This document shows positions 20,874-31,015 of a stretch of DNA of 64,000 nt, in pieces; position 1 is the stretch's first letter; every line of letters begins with the position of its first letter. The translations under genes were made by a program, and so were the position numbers. The notes beneath the pieces were generated by a model that was not told the origin of the DNA, searched no databases, and was given only the letters and a program-made list of their open reading frames with translations. Origin of the DNA: an uncultured Verrucomicrobiae bacterium (GTDB taxonomy: Bacteria > Verrucomicrobiota > Verrucomicrobiia > Chthoniobacterales > Chthoniobacteraceae); contig CAVYKI010000003.1 in the NCBI GenBank assembly GCA_963769025.1, forward strand, positions 384,001-448,000. The letters are read 5' to 3'.

Positions 20874-21938
20874 TCACATTTGCGCGAGAAGGTTCCGGCA
20901 AAAGTTGCGCGCGGCGACCTCAGGGAGAAGCCGCTCCTCGCGCAGACGCAGCACGCGCTCACGCATCCGCGCAATTTCAGCGGGGCTGCTGTCGAGACAG
21001 CGGCGGACGGCCCCGGCCCAATCCGCATTCGCAACGAGGATGCAATTCTCGCCGTCCACAAACGGAATCGCATAGCGATCGGGATCCTCGATCACGGGAA
21101 TTGCGCCCCGCATGCAGGCTTCGATCGTACGGTGCGTCCAGTTGCCCCCCCAGCCGGGAGGGCTGAGACAAAACTCCGATTCGCCGAGCGCCGTCGTGTA
21201 ATCGCCGGCTTTCAGGCCCACGGATCCGGCGACACCGCCGTATTCGATCCAAAGTGCTTCGGCGTCGCTCGCCCGTTCGCTTGGAAAGCGGGTGGTCAAT
21301 GAGATGCCTGCAACCGACTTCACGGTGTGCAGCACCGAGTCGAGACGCACGCCGCGTTCGGGGGGCTGACGGTTTCCGACGAATGCCACGCGGAAGCGGC
21401 GCGGACCCGCGGGCACAGGCGCGAGCATGGCGTTCCGCAAGTCCGGATCGGCCAGATACTGCGGATGTACCGACGGCGGGAAATAGAGACGACGGCGACA
21501 CCCGAAGCGAAAATCAAGCGGTTGGGGCGCCCTTTCGAAAATGGCGAAGCGTGCCCGCAAAAGATGCGAAAATCCGCGCGCCATTTCACGCAGCCAGTCA
21601 AACCGGCTGCCATAGTAGTTTGCCTCGGGGTAAATCGCCGACGCGCGGGTCAGCTTCAGCCAACCGGACAGCGAGCGTTCAAAGGGGGCATGTCGCACGA
21701 GGCCGAAAATCACCAACGATGAGGCTGCCGGCGGTTCCGCGAGGTCCGTGAGTTGGATTCGCGGGTGCTTGCGGAGGCGATCCAGAATCCACGGATGCTC
21801 GGTGTCTTCGGAACCCCGATCGAGGAACGTGACTATGCGCACGGTGAGCTGCTTTTCCGTCGCCGCAAAAACAGCCATCGTCTCGACAAAGTGCGAGAGG
21901 CGCGGCTTGAAGAATGTGATGTGCAGCGGGCTATCCAT
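20874..21938 (-). CDS. Exostosin-like (GT47) protein
   Basis: C-terminal Y…L..SEFCLSPPGWGGNWTHRTIEACMRGAIPVI. Confidence 0.7.
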   Translation of the reverse strand: MDSPLHITFFKPRLSHFVETMAVFAATEKQLTVRIVTFLDRGSEDTEHPWILDRLRKHPRIQLTDLAEPPAASSLVIFGLVRHAPFERSLSGWLKLTRASAIYPEANYYGSRFDWLREMARGFSHLLRARFAIFERAPQPLDFRFGCRRRLYFPPSVHPQYLADPDLRNAMLAPVPAGPRRFRVAFVGNRQPPERGVRLDSVLHTVKSVAGISLTTRFPSERASDAEALWIEYGGVAGSVGLKAGDYTTALGESEFCLSPPGWGGNWTHRTIEACMRGAIPVIEDPDRYAIPFVDGENCILVANADWAGAVRRCLDSSPAEIARMRERVLRLREERLLPEVAARNFCRNLLAQM

Positions 21939-21994
21939 GGAAACTGAAACCGATCAGGCTCAACCTTTCGGACCGCAAACGGCCGCGGCAGGCG

Positions 21995-23269
21995 CTACTT
22001 CAGCCACTTGTCGGCGTAGTCGAGCCACACTTTCCAGTCGGGAGTGGTCATCGCGTGTTTCCCCTCGCGGATGAAGTAGCCAAGCCGAGAATCGAGGAGC
22101 TTGCCGACCTCCGGCATTTTTTCCGAAGCAAGATTGTCGCTCGCAAAAAGCCGGTAAACGGGTTCCGCGGCGCGCAGCATCTCGAACTGTCCCGCCGGAT
22201 TCGCCCACTTGTCGTCGGTGGCATTCGAGAGCAGGACAGGGCGCGGCGCGCAGAGCGCGATGAGCGCGTGTTGATCGAATGGGAGGCGTTCGGGCGCGTC
22301 GTTGAACGCCTTGAAATTGCCGCTGAACCAGTGCGGGAACGATTTGTTGATCACCGCAAGCGTCTCGACCGTCGGGCGTCCGTTTGCCTGCGGCGCTGCG
22401 AGATCGGGGGAAACGCGATCCGGCGCGGTGCCGCCGCAGCCTGCCTGGCTGGGGATGGCGAGCGCGACCCGTTCGTCGAACGCGGCGGCGACGAGCGCGG
22501 TCTTGCCGTTGCGTGAATGGCCGACGATGGCGATGCGCTTTCCGTCGATTTCCGGGACGGTGAGCAGGTAGTCGAGCATCCGGGAAAAGCCCCACGACCA
22601 CGCCATGATCGTCGCGGTGTCCGCCAGGCCGCGCTCTTCGCCGGCGCGGAAGGTTTTCAGCGCAGCTTCCGCGAGCGCCTTGTCATCCGGCACCACGTCG
22701 CCGCTGTAGAAGCTCGCGACGGCGTACCCGCGATCAATGGACTGCTCGATCGCCCAGGTTTCTTTCTGCTTCCCGCGCCCGGCGTCCGCTGCGCGATTGG
22801 GTTCGGCGCCGGGGAAACTTTCCCGCGTCCAGCCTTGCAGCAATTGGATCTTCGGATCGTCGAGGACCTGGTAGTTGCCGTTGAAATTCATCCCGAGAAA
22901 GCACGCCGCCGGTTTCGTGCGCCGGTTCGGCACGACGACGAGCAGATGCACGGGCGCAGCGAGACCGCAATCCACGAGGACCTCCCGCAACGTCGCCTTG
23001 CCGCCGAGTGCGCCCTTGTCTTCGCGGATGATTTTCCCGCTCACCGGGCGCGGCTGCGGGCGGGCGCCGTACATGTAGTGCTGGAAAAGCGCCCGCAATT
23101 CCGGCGCGCGCTTCGTGAGCCATTCCTCCTTCGTCGTGACGCGCGTGCCGTCACGCATGACCAAAGGATCTGGCAGCGCGGCGACGGCGGGCAATTGATC
23201 CGGTGCTGGAAAGTCGGCGGCGATGGCGGTCACGGCGAGCAGAGGGGAGAGAAGGGAGGCGAGTTTCAT
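21995..23269 (-). CDS. Secreted CE15 glucuronoyl-esterase-like protein
   Basis: Signal peptide; LPDPL; AWSWG; GHSRNGK nucleophile motif; LPFDQH; APRP; D.WANP. Confidence 0.85.
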   Translation of the reverse strand: MKLASLLSPLLAVTAIAADFPAPDQLPAVAALPDPLVMRDGTRVTTKEEWLTKRAPELRALFQHYMYGARPQPRPVSGKIIREDKGALGGKATLREVLVDCGLAAPVHLLVVVPNRRTKPAACFLGMNFNGNYQVLDDPKIQLLQGWTRESFPGAEPNRAADAGRGKQKETWAIEQSIDRGYAVASFYSGDVVPDDKALAEAALKTFRAGEERGLADTATIMAWSWGFSRMLDYLLTVPEIDGKRIAIVGHSRNGKTALVAAAFDERVALAIPSQAGCGGTAPDRVSPDLAAPQANGRPTVETLAVINKSFPHWFSGNFKAFNDAPERLPFDQHALIALCAPRPVLLSNATDDKWANPAGQFEMLRAAEPVYRLFASDNLASEKMPEVGKLLDSRLGYFIREGKHAMTTPDWKVWLDYADKWLK

Positions 23270-23304
23270 CGGGAGAAAACCGGAGTGGAAATGGAACCGC
23301 CGCG

Positions 23305-24561
23305 CTATTTCCGCAGCGAGTAGCACAGCAGGACGTCCTGATCCCGCACGTAGAGCTTCCCGTCATGGATGGCGGGATGCGGCCAACTCGGGCCGTTCAC
23401 GGTCGCGAGTTTGAATGTCCCCTTTTCGCTGTAGCCCGCGGGCGAGGCCTCGATCAGCGCCATGATGCCGTCCTGGTAGCGGAAGTAGAGATTGCCATCC
23501 GCGGCGATGACCGCGGCGCTTTCCTTGCCCGGGCCGCGCTCCTGCTGCCACACGACCTTGCCGGTCTTCCATTCGAGGCAGATGGGGAATCCATTGTTGT
23601 GGCCCTTGCCGGCGTAGATGTGGTCGCCGATGCGCACCATGCCGCCGTGGTGGTTTTGGAATGTGGATGCGTTCAGGAAATACTGCTCCTCCGCGGTGAC
23701 CGGCGATCCGTCGGTACCAGCACCTTTCGCGATTTTCAGCAGCGCCGAGCCCGTGCCGTAGCCGCTTGAGACGAACACGTAGTCCTCCCACACGAGCGGT
23801 GTGGGGATGACGGCGGTGCCGTTTGCGACGCGGTTGTATTGCCAGAGCAGCTTCCCGCTTTGCGCGTCCACGCCGATGGCGCCCTTGCCGACGAGTGTCA
23901 CGTACTGGCGGATGCCAGCGGCGTTCGACACCACCACGCCGGTGTAGCCCGCGCCGTTGTGTCCTTTTCCCTCCAGCGTGGCGGCGGTCTTCCAAAGAAT
24001 CTCGCCGGTCTTTTTGTTCAACGCAGCAACGACCGCCTCGGCACTGCCGGGCACGACGATGAGCTTGTCGCCATCCACGAAAGGCGACTCGCTGAACTGC
24101 CACGTAGGCTTCGGCGCATTGCCAAAATCAGCCGTGAAACTCTTGCGCCACACTTCGCTGCCGTCGGTCGCGGAGACGCACACGAGGTCGCCTTCCGAGC
24201 TGAGCGCATAGACGAGGGCGCCATCCACGGTCGGCGTGCAGCGCGGCTCGCCGCCCTTGTCGCACAATTTCGCGGCCCACACTTCCTTCTGCGTCGCGGC
24301 GTCCAGTGCGACGATGAACTGGCCGCCCTTGCGCCCGCCCATCGTGTAAATCTTTCCGCCCGCCACGGAGACGGAGGCCATGCCGCGTCCGAGCCCGGTT
24401 GCCTTCCATGCGAGCGCCGGGCCTTCCTGCGGCCACTGCTTGAGCAGGCCGGTCGCGGGGAAAATGCCGTCACGATTGGGCCCGCGCCATTGCTGGATAT
24501 CGGCGGGGGCGGAGATGGCCGCAGATGCGGCGGCGAACAAAGCGAAGGGGAGGAATTTCAT
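23305..24561 (-). CDS. PQQ-binding-like beta-propeller repeat protein (secreted)
   Basis: QWRGPNRDG; WPHPAIHDGKLYVRDQD. Confidence 0.85.
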   Translation of the reverse strand: MKFLPFALFAAASAAISAPADIQQWRGPNRDGIFPATGLLKQWPQEGPALAWKATGLGRGMASVSVAGGKIYTMGGRKGGQFIVALDAATQKEVWAAKLCDKGGEPRCTPTVDGALVYALSSEGDLVCVSATDGSEVWRKSFTADFGNAPKPTWQFSESPFVDGDKLIVVPGSAEAVVAALNKKTGEILWKTAATLEGKGHNGAGYTGVVVSNAAGIRQYVTLVGKGAIGVDAQSGKLLWQYNRVANGTAVIPTPLVWEDYVFVSSGYGTGSALLKIAKGAGTDGSPVTAEEQYFLNASTFQNHHGGMVRIGDHIYAGKGHNNGFPICLEWKTGKVVWQQERGPGKESAAVIAADGNLYFRYQDGIMALIEASPAGYSEKGTFKLATVNGPSWPHPAIHDGKLYVRDQDVLLCYSLRK

Positions 24562-24633
24562 ACCCTCCACGTGTGCCAGCCGCATTCTTGCGCGGCAATC
24601 CGCATTTCCCGCGCAGGCGGATTCGGGGACGGG

Positions 24634-25791
24634 CTACGAACTCGCTGGCAGAGTGAGCGCGCCCGAGTTCCAGAAATCCACGATCTCAAGTGATTGGAAA
24701 CGGAACACCACGAGCAGTGCGTCGCTCAGCGGGATGCCGAGCTTGTGCGCGATGACCTGCAGCGACTCGGAGCCGTTGATCGCGGACGCGAAACGCGCCT
24801 CGACGTCGTTGAGCTTGAGCTTCTGGATGAGGTCGTAGCCGCGCCGCGTGTAGGCGGGCGAGCCGTTCGGATCGGGCCGCTGATTGGGCGCGATCTGGTC
24901 GAACTTCACGTGGCGCAACGAGCCGAGGATCCAGTTGTCGGCGTCGTCACCGCTCTCGGGGAAATTCGCGACGTAATCCGGAAAATTCTCCGTCTCCTCG
25001 AACTCGAACGTGATGCGCCCCGCCGTGTGGAGATGGCTGAAGAGCCGCTGGCCGTGGTCGCGCGTGATTTGCACCACGTCGTCGTGCGGGAATCCATTGC
25101 GCACACTGAGAAAAAGAAATATCGGGCAAGCGGTCATCTGCTGGTTGACCTGCGATTCGACGATGAGGCCAAGATTCGTCGCCGAGAGAATCACGGGGCT
25201 GCCCCCGCAATAGAGCTGAAAGTTGTGCGTGGTCGCGAAGAGGAAGCGTCCCGCATTCATCCACAGATCAACCGGGTGGCGTCCAAGCTGGAACCGCAGC
25301 ACGCCGGTGAGGCGGTCCCCCTGCGCCATGTGCAGGGCCTGGCGGAGCGAGATGACTCCCGTGTGGCCGCTGAAGGCCACGCCGCCGGAACGCGTCGCAA
25401 GCATCCTGCGGCTGCCGGCCTTGCCACCGAGGATTTCTCCGACAGCCGCGGCGAGGGCGTCGATCGTCGCAGGCTTGGTGAGCGTGCGCGCGATGTTCGG
25501 ATATTTGCCGTTGTATTCGTGCGTCCGCGAAGCGTCCGCGAGCAGCAGCACAGGAGTGTTGGCCGAAAACGGATCCACGGCGAGGCGGGCGAGCACGGTG
25601 CCGGCGTCGGCATCAGGCAGCGCGTCATTCAGCAGCACCAGGTCGGGGCTCGCGGCGTTCAGCCGTTCAAAGACATCGCTGCCGCGCGATGCGACGAGCA
25701 CGTCGCAGCCGGGGAAATGCCGGGCAAAGACATTCTCCGCGATGTCGGCGGCGGTCTGTGGGTCGTCAATGACGAGGATTTTCTGGGCCAT
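24634..25791 (-). CDS. Response regulator receiver + DUF4388/PatA-N-like domain
   Basis: KILVIDD…PDLVLLND…TLTKP; FSGHTGVISLRQAL…LTGVL. Confidence 0.7.
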   Translation of the reverse strand: MAQKILVIDDPQTAADIAENVFARHFPGCDVLVASRGSDVFERLNAASPDLVLLNDALPDADAGTVLARLAVDPFSANTPVLLLADASRTHEYNGKYPNIARTLTKPATIDALAAAVGEILGGKAGSRRMLATRSGGVAFSGHTGVISLRQALHMAQGDRLTGVLRFQLGRHPVDLWMNAGRFLFATTHNFQLYCGGSPVILSATNLGLIVESQVNQQMTACPIFLFLSVRNGFPHDDVVQITRDHGQRLFSHLHTAGRITFEFEETENFPDYVANFPESGDDADNWILGSLRHVKFDQIAPNQRPDPNGSPAYTRRGYDLIQKLKLNDVEARFASAINGSESLQVIAHKLGIPLSDALLVVFRFQSLEIVDFWNSGALTLPASS

Positions 25792-25859
25792 GCTGGATTC
25801 TGGACGGTCGAGGGCAGCGTGCAGGCAGGAGCGCAGGGAAGTCAACCCAGCAGTCCCGC

Positions 25860-26882
25860 CTAGCGGAAGGACTGGAGGGCGCGCAGTTTCGCGAGCGCGC
25901 CGCCGCCATCGAGCGCCTTACGCGCAAGGTCCAGGCCGCCACCGATGTCGTTCGCGAGTCCGGCGACGACCAGTGCGGCGGCGGAATTGAGCAGCACCAT
26001 GTCGCGTTTCGGCCCGCGCTCCGAGCCGTCGAGGATGCTCACGAGAATGGCTGCGTTCTCGGTGCGCTCGCCGCCGCGCAGTGCTTCCGGCGCGCAGCGG
26101 GCGAGGCCGAATTCCTCTGGAGTGAGCGTGAATGCACTCACCGTCCCGCCCTGCACCGAGCGGACTTCGCCCGGCCCGGTGAGCGACAGTTCATCCGTGC
26201 CGTCGCCATGGACCACCCACGCACAGCGGCGTCCGAGGATGCGCAGGGCCTCCGCGTACTTCGGCAGCAGCGCGGCGCTGAAAAGCCCGATGAGCTGGTG
26301 CTCCGGCCTCCCGGGATTCAGCAGCGGGCCGAGGAGATTGAAAATCGTCGGAGAGCCCTCGGCGGCGAGTTCCTTGCGCACCGGGCCGATGGCCTTGAAC
26401 GCCGGATGCCACGCGGGCGCAAACAGGAACGCCACCCCGTGCTGTTCGAGGCACTGGCGCAGTCGGGCGGGCGTGAGCTCGAGCTTCACTCCCAGTTCCT
26501 CGAGGACATCCGCGGCGCCGGTCTTCGAGGTGATGGAACGGTTGCCGTGCTTCATCACGCACGCGCCCGCCGCCGCGGCGACGAACATCACCGCCGTCGA
26601 GACATTGAAATACCCGCGCTGATCTCCGCCGGTGCCGCAAACATCCAGCGTCGGTCCCCGCATGCGCGCCAGATCGAGTTCCGGATTCACCGCGTGCGCG
26701 AGCAGGGCGTGGGAAAATGCCGCGATCTCCGCCGCAGTCTCACCTTTCGCGCGCAGCGCCTTCAGGAATTCCTTCTTCTCGACGCCCGGCGCTTCCGCGG
26801 AGACGAGCGCGCCGACCGCCTCGCGGACCTCAGCAGCGCCGAGGTCGCAACCGTTGCGCAGCAGTTGTGTCAATGTCTCCAT
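25860..26882 (-). CDS. trpD: Anthranilate phosphoribosyltransferase
   Basis: DVCGTGGD, FNVST, KHGNRS, TIFNLLGPLLNP. Confidence 0.95.
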   Translation of the reverse strand: METLTQLLRNGCDLGAAEVREAVGALVSAEAPGVEKKEFLKALRAKGETAAEIAAFSHALLAHAVNPELDLARMRGPTLDVCGTGGDQRGYFNVSTAVMFVAAAAGACVMKHGNRSITSKTGAADVLEELGVKLELTPARLRQCLEQHGVAFLFAPAWHPAFKAIGPVRKELAAEGSPTIFNLLGPLLNPGRPEHQLIGLFSAALLPKYAEALRILGRRCAWVVHGDGTDELSLTGPGEVRSVQGGTVSAFTLTPEEFGLARCAPEALRGGERTENAAILVSILDGSERGPKRDMVLLNSAAALVVAGLANDIGGGLDLARKALDGGGALAKLRALQSFR

Positions 26883-26921
26883 GGTCAAAATACGGACGCC
26901 GGTGATGGCGTCCGCGACGGC

Positions 26922-28028
26922 TCATGCAGGACGGTTGCACCAGGAAAATGATGCCTCCGATGATCGCGAGGATGAGCAGCACGAGCAGGATGATTTTGAT
27001 CGGACTCTTCGGATACCGGCCCGCTGATGGCGCCGGTGTAGCCGTTGATCACCACCTGGAAGTTTTTGCTGCCATACGTGTAGGCCAGCAGCCACACGGG
27101 GACGAGGATGTGCTTGAAGGTCTGCCCGGAAAAATCGGCGTCCACATTCAGGTCGCGGTGCGTGTCGCCCGGCACCTGCTTCGCGCAGAGCTGCCGCGTC
27201 TTTTCCTCCATGACTTTCTGTGCGTGCTCGCGCCGCCGCGACCAGATCGATCTGGTATTGCTCCACCACCCAGCCGCTGAGGAAACCCGGGTCGTACGGC
27301 TTCAGGTCGCTGGTGGTGGGGAATGGTTCGACGCCCCGGAGCAGCTTCGTCTCGACACCCTTCGTCGCCGGCACGAGTTCATCGTCGAAGAAATGATCGA
27401 GGTGGCCGCTCGACGGATACCAGCGCGTCTTGCGCACCTGCCGGGTCTGCCGCTTGCCCTGCGAGTCGGTGTAGGATTCCGTCTCGTAGTAGTAGTTGCC
27501 AGACATCGCCGTCCAGTCCGCGCTCACCTGCGCGTCGAAGGTCCAGTACGGGATGTAAATGCCATGCACCGTGTCGGTGAGCGCGCGGGTCCCGAGCTTG
27601 TTCGGGGCGAACCATCGCGAGCCGTACCACTTGCGGATCGCCTCGCGCACCTGCGTCTCGGGGAGCTTGAATTCCAGCAGGCTGTCCGGACGGATGGGCC
27701 GCGCCTGCTGGTCCACCGGGATGATCGCCGCCGACCCGCAGAAGTCGCACCGCTGCGCCGCGCGGCTTGGATCGAAGACGGTGATCGCCTGGCAGCTCTG
27801 GCACTTCACGGATTTTTTCTCCGTCGCCCACCCGCGATCCTCCGGCCCGATCGCGCGCAGCGCCGTGGCCAGATCGTGCTCCGCGATGTTGCCCGCCGCG
27901 TCCATCGTCGCCGGCGACACCGTCCCGCAATACGGGCACACGAGCGCCTGCTTCGCGGCATTCCACTGCGCCTCGGCACCGCAGGCCGGGCAGTTGTATT
28001 TCTGGCGTGCTTGGACTTCGTCACTCAT
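26922..28028 (-). CDS. Zinc-ribbon membrane protein (YdjG-like), frameshifted near the 3' end
   Basis: CPACG, CPYCG, CQSC, CDFCG; YIPYWTFD; KHILVPVW and C-terminal TM in alternative frames. Confidence 0.75.
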   Translation of the reverse strand: MSDEVQARQKYNCPACGAEAQWNAAKQALVCPYCGTVSPATMDAAGNIAEHDLATALRAIGPEDRGWATEKKSVKCQSCQAITVFDPSRAAQRCDFCGSAAIIPVDQQARPIRPDSLLEFKLPETQVREAIRKWYGSRWFAPNKLGTRALTDTVHGIYIPYWTFDAQVSADWTAMSGNYYYETESYTDSQGKRQTRQVRKTRWYPSSGHLDHFFDDELVPATKGVETKLLRGVEPFPTTSDLKPYDPGFLSGWVVEQYQIDLVAAARARTESHGGKDAAALREAGAGRHAPRPECGRRFFRADLQAHPRPRVAAGLHVWQQKLPGGDQRLHRRHQRAGIRRVRSKSSCSCCSSSRSSEASFSWCNRPA

Positions 28029-28933
28029 ACGCGGGGAAATCGAAAGCTGGTTTTCCTGATTTCGTCCACCACTCGTTTGCGCGCCGTTTCGAGAAACGCC
28101 GCATCCATTTCGATGCCGACAAATCTGCGCCCGAGCCGGGCTGCGGCGACTCCCGTGGTGCCGCTGCCGAGGAACGGATCGAATACGAGATCACCCGGTT
28201 GCGTGGACGCGAGCAGGCAGCGCTCGACCAGTTCGATCGGCTTCTGCGTCGGGTGGCGGCCGTGAGTTTTCTCCGCGCCGGCCGGAGCCTTCATCCGCCA
28301 GACGGATTTCATCTGCCGCCCCGCATTGGCCTCGCGCATCGCGGCGTAGTCGAACGTGTGCCTGCTGCGCTCATTCTTCGCGGCCCAGAGGATCGTCTCG
28401 GTGGAGTGCGTGAAGTAGCGGCACGAAAGGTTCGGCGGCGGATTCGGTTTTTCCCACGTGATGTGGTTGAGCAGCTTGAAGCCGAGTTGCTGCAGCGCGA
28501 AGCCGACGCTGAAAATCATGTGCTGCGTGCCGCTCACCCAGATCGTGCCGTCGGGCTTCAGCGCCTGCTGGCAGCGGCGCAGCCATTCGCGGTTGTACTC
28601 GTGGTTTCCCTCCGCGCCGCGCGACTCGTCCCATGCCCCCTTGTCCACCTTCGCCCTGCGCCCGGATTTGCAGGTGCTGCCGCCGTTGCTCAGAAAATAC
28701 GGCGGGTCGGCAAAAATCGCGTCGAACACTCCCTCCGGGTGCCGCCCGATGATCCCATCCAGCACCGCGAGACAATCGCCCTCGCAGAGCAAAATTCCCA
28801 CGCGCCTGTCGTGGAGCGCCGTCGCTCCGTGCGTCGCGAGCCCGGCGGGATCGAACGCTCGATCCCGTGCGGATGCCTTCCGTTTTTTTGCTGCGATGGG
28901 CACGGGTGATGAGCCGGGCAGCGTCGCCGCCAC
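28025..28933 (-). CDS. Beta-class N6/N4 DNA methyltransferase (DpnA/M2.DpnII-like), orphan
   Basis: IFADPPYFLSNGG, DKGAWD, HPTQKP, DPFLGSGTT; DPPY precedes FxGxG. Confidence 0.9.
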   Translation of the reverse strand: MAATLPGSSPVPIAAKKRKASARDRAFDPAGLATHGATALHDRRVGILLCEGDCLAVLDGIIGRHPEGVFDAIFADPPYFLSNGGSTCKSGRRAKVDKGAWDESRGAEGNHEYNREWLRRCQQALKPDGTIWVSGTQHMIFSVGFALQQLGFKLLNHITWEKPNPPPNLSCRYFTHSTETILWAAKNERSRHTFDYAAMREANAGRQMKSVWRMKAPAGAEKTHGRHPTQKPIELVERCLLASTQPGDLVFDPFLGSGTTGVAAARLGRRFVGIEMDAAFLETARKRVVDEIRKTSFRFPRV

Positions 28934-29739
28934 TACGGCAGCGGGATGTCCTTCAGCGCGATTGGAACGGTGACGACCGACTTGTCCGTCACCACGTAGA
29001 TTTTCGCGACCGCATCCGCGGGAGGCTTCGCATTGAAGGTGATCGTCACGGTCTTCGATCCGGCGAAGCCGCTCGACATGCGTCCATTCGACTCGAGCTT
29101 TTTGCCTGCAGCGTCGCAGAACTCCACGGATGCCACCTTGCCCTTCGCATCCTTGATGACATAGCCGAGATCGTTCTCTCCAAGGCTCCCGCCAAAGCCG
29201 AAGCCCGCGTCCTTCTTCTCCTCCTTGCCGGGCTTGCGCAGCGTGATCTCCACGCCCGCCGCCTTCAGCACCGCGTTCTCCAGCGGCTTGTCAGCGTCCT
29301 TCGCCACGCTCGCCGTGATGACCGCCGCCGGATCCTTCGCCGGGATGAGCAGTTCGATGCTGCCGTTCAGCGCCTTGATCGCCTTCGCGGCGCGCGGCGG
29401 GTTTGCAAACTCCAGCTTCACCTGAAACTCGTCCGCCTTTTTGTCATCGCTGAATCCGCCGCCGAACGCCTTCTGCAATTCCTCAAAGCCGTCGCCGCCG
29501 AAACGGTTTTCCGCCTTTGCAAGCGGCTTGCCCGTGTCGTCCGCTGCATCCTTCACCGTCGTGCGAATGCCTTTCGCTTCGGCGAGTTCGGGGCCGCTGA
29601 GCTTCAGTTCGATTTCCAGCCCGGCGAAAAACTTGCCGGTCGTGCGCTTGTCATTGATGTCGCCGACCGTGACTTTCACCTCGGCGAACGCCGAATGCGC
29701 AAGGACGGCCGCCGACGCCGCAAGGAAGAGCGTTTTCAT
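28933..29739 (-). CDS. Secreted hypothetical protein
   Basis: Signal peptide MKTLFLAASAAVLAHSAFA; beta-rich; ends in KDIPLP. Confidence 0.7.
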   Translation of the reverse strand: MKTLFLAASAAVLAHSAFAEVKVTVGDINDKRTTGKFFAGLEIELKLSGPELAEAKGIRTTVKDAADDTGKPLAKAENRFGGDGFEELQKAFGGGFSDDKKADEFQVKLEFANPPRAAKAIKALNGSIELLIPAKDPAAVITASVAKDADKPLENAVLKAAGVEITLRKPGKEEKKDAGFGFGGSLGENDLGYVIKDAKGKVASVEFCDAAGKKLESNGRMSSGFAGSKTVTITFNAKPPADAVAKIYVVTDKSVVTVPIALKDIPLP

Positions 29740-29744
29740 GATGG

Positions 29745-30847
29745 TTACTTGCTGAGGAATTCGTTTAGCGCCGACTTCGTGACGCGCCATGCGCTGCCGA
29801 TTTTCTTGCCCTTGATGTCGCCGCTTTCGAGTGACGCCGTCACGTCCGCCTCCGTCACGCCGAGCTGCTGCGCGACCTCCGCGGGGGTGAGGAGTTCCGG
29901 CAGTGCCGTTCCGGGGACCGCAGGCGGACCTCCGACGGGCGCGCCGGCAGGCGGCGGACCGGCGATGCCGGGCGTGGCCTGGCCTCCCGTGATTCCGCCG
30001 GGCTGGTTCATCATCTGCTGCGCCATCGCGAAGCCCATCGCCATCTCGGCGGCCATCCCGCCGGCGCCGCCCTGGCCGGTGGCCATGCCCTGCGCCATCT
30101 GGAATTTCACGTAGTCGTTCAGGTTCCCGACCGCGGCCATCGACGACTGCGCTTGTCGATCGCCTGCTCGACTTCCGGCGGCACGCTCACGTTCTCGAGG
30201 ATGAAGCGTGGAGAACTCGATGCCGTATTTCGGAATGGTCGCCGGGATTGATCAGCGGCAGGAGCGCGTCGCCGACTTCGCTGTAGCGCGCGGCCACGTC
30301 GAGCACGGGGATCTTCGCCTGGCGAGCGCTTCGCTGAAAAGCGAGACGATCCGCGAGCGCATGGTGTCGGCGAATTCATCGAGCCGGAAATGGTGGTCGC
30401 TGCCCGCGACTTCCTTGAGGAAAATCTTCGGCTCCACGATGCGGAAATCGAACGTGCCGAACGCGCGGATGCGGACGATGCCGAAGTCGGCGTCGCGCAT
30501 CATGACCGGGTTGCTCGTGCCCCACTTGTTGCCGGTGAAGAGGCGCGTGTTGACGTAATAGACGTCGGCCTTGAACGGCGAATTGAACCCGTATTTCCAG
30601 CCCTGCGAGCGTCGTGAGCACCGGGATGTTGTCCGTCGTCAGCGTGTGTTTGCCCGGGCCGAAAGTGTCGCCAAATTGCCCGAGATACACGAACTGCACC
30701 ATCTGCGACTCGCGCACGATGAGCTGCGCGCCGTTCTTGATTTCCTTGTCGTCGTCCGGCCAGCGGTAGCTGAGCGTGTCGCGCGAATCGTCGGTCCACT
30801 CGATGATTTCGAGCAGCTCGACCCTTGATGAAGTCCATGAGGCCCAT
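29745..30847 (-). CDS. SPFH (YdjI/band-7-like) domain fused to a C-terminal excisionase-like HTH; frameshifted
   Basis: MGLMDFIKG; VRESQ..FV; KWGTSNP…MRDADFGIVRIRAFG; ENVSVPPEVEQAID; LLTPAEVAQQLGV…GKKIGSAWRV. Confidence 0.8.
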
Positions 30848-31015
30848 GTGATGTGCGTGTCCTTTCGGGAATTGTTGGTTTGGAGGAAGAGCTAGGGCGG
30901 CGAGAGTAGGACACGCCGCGGTCGGTTCAAATGGAAAGTTCCGGTCGCGGCAGACCTGCGAAACTGGCTCGCCACGGATTCCGTGTTCCGATAAGGCGGG
31001 CGCGACTTCCAATCC

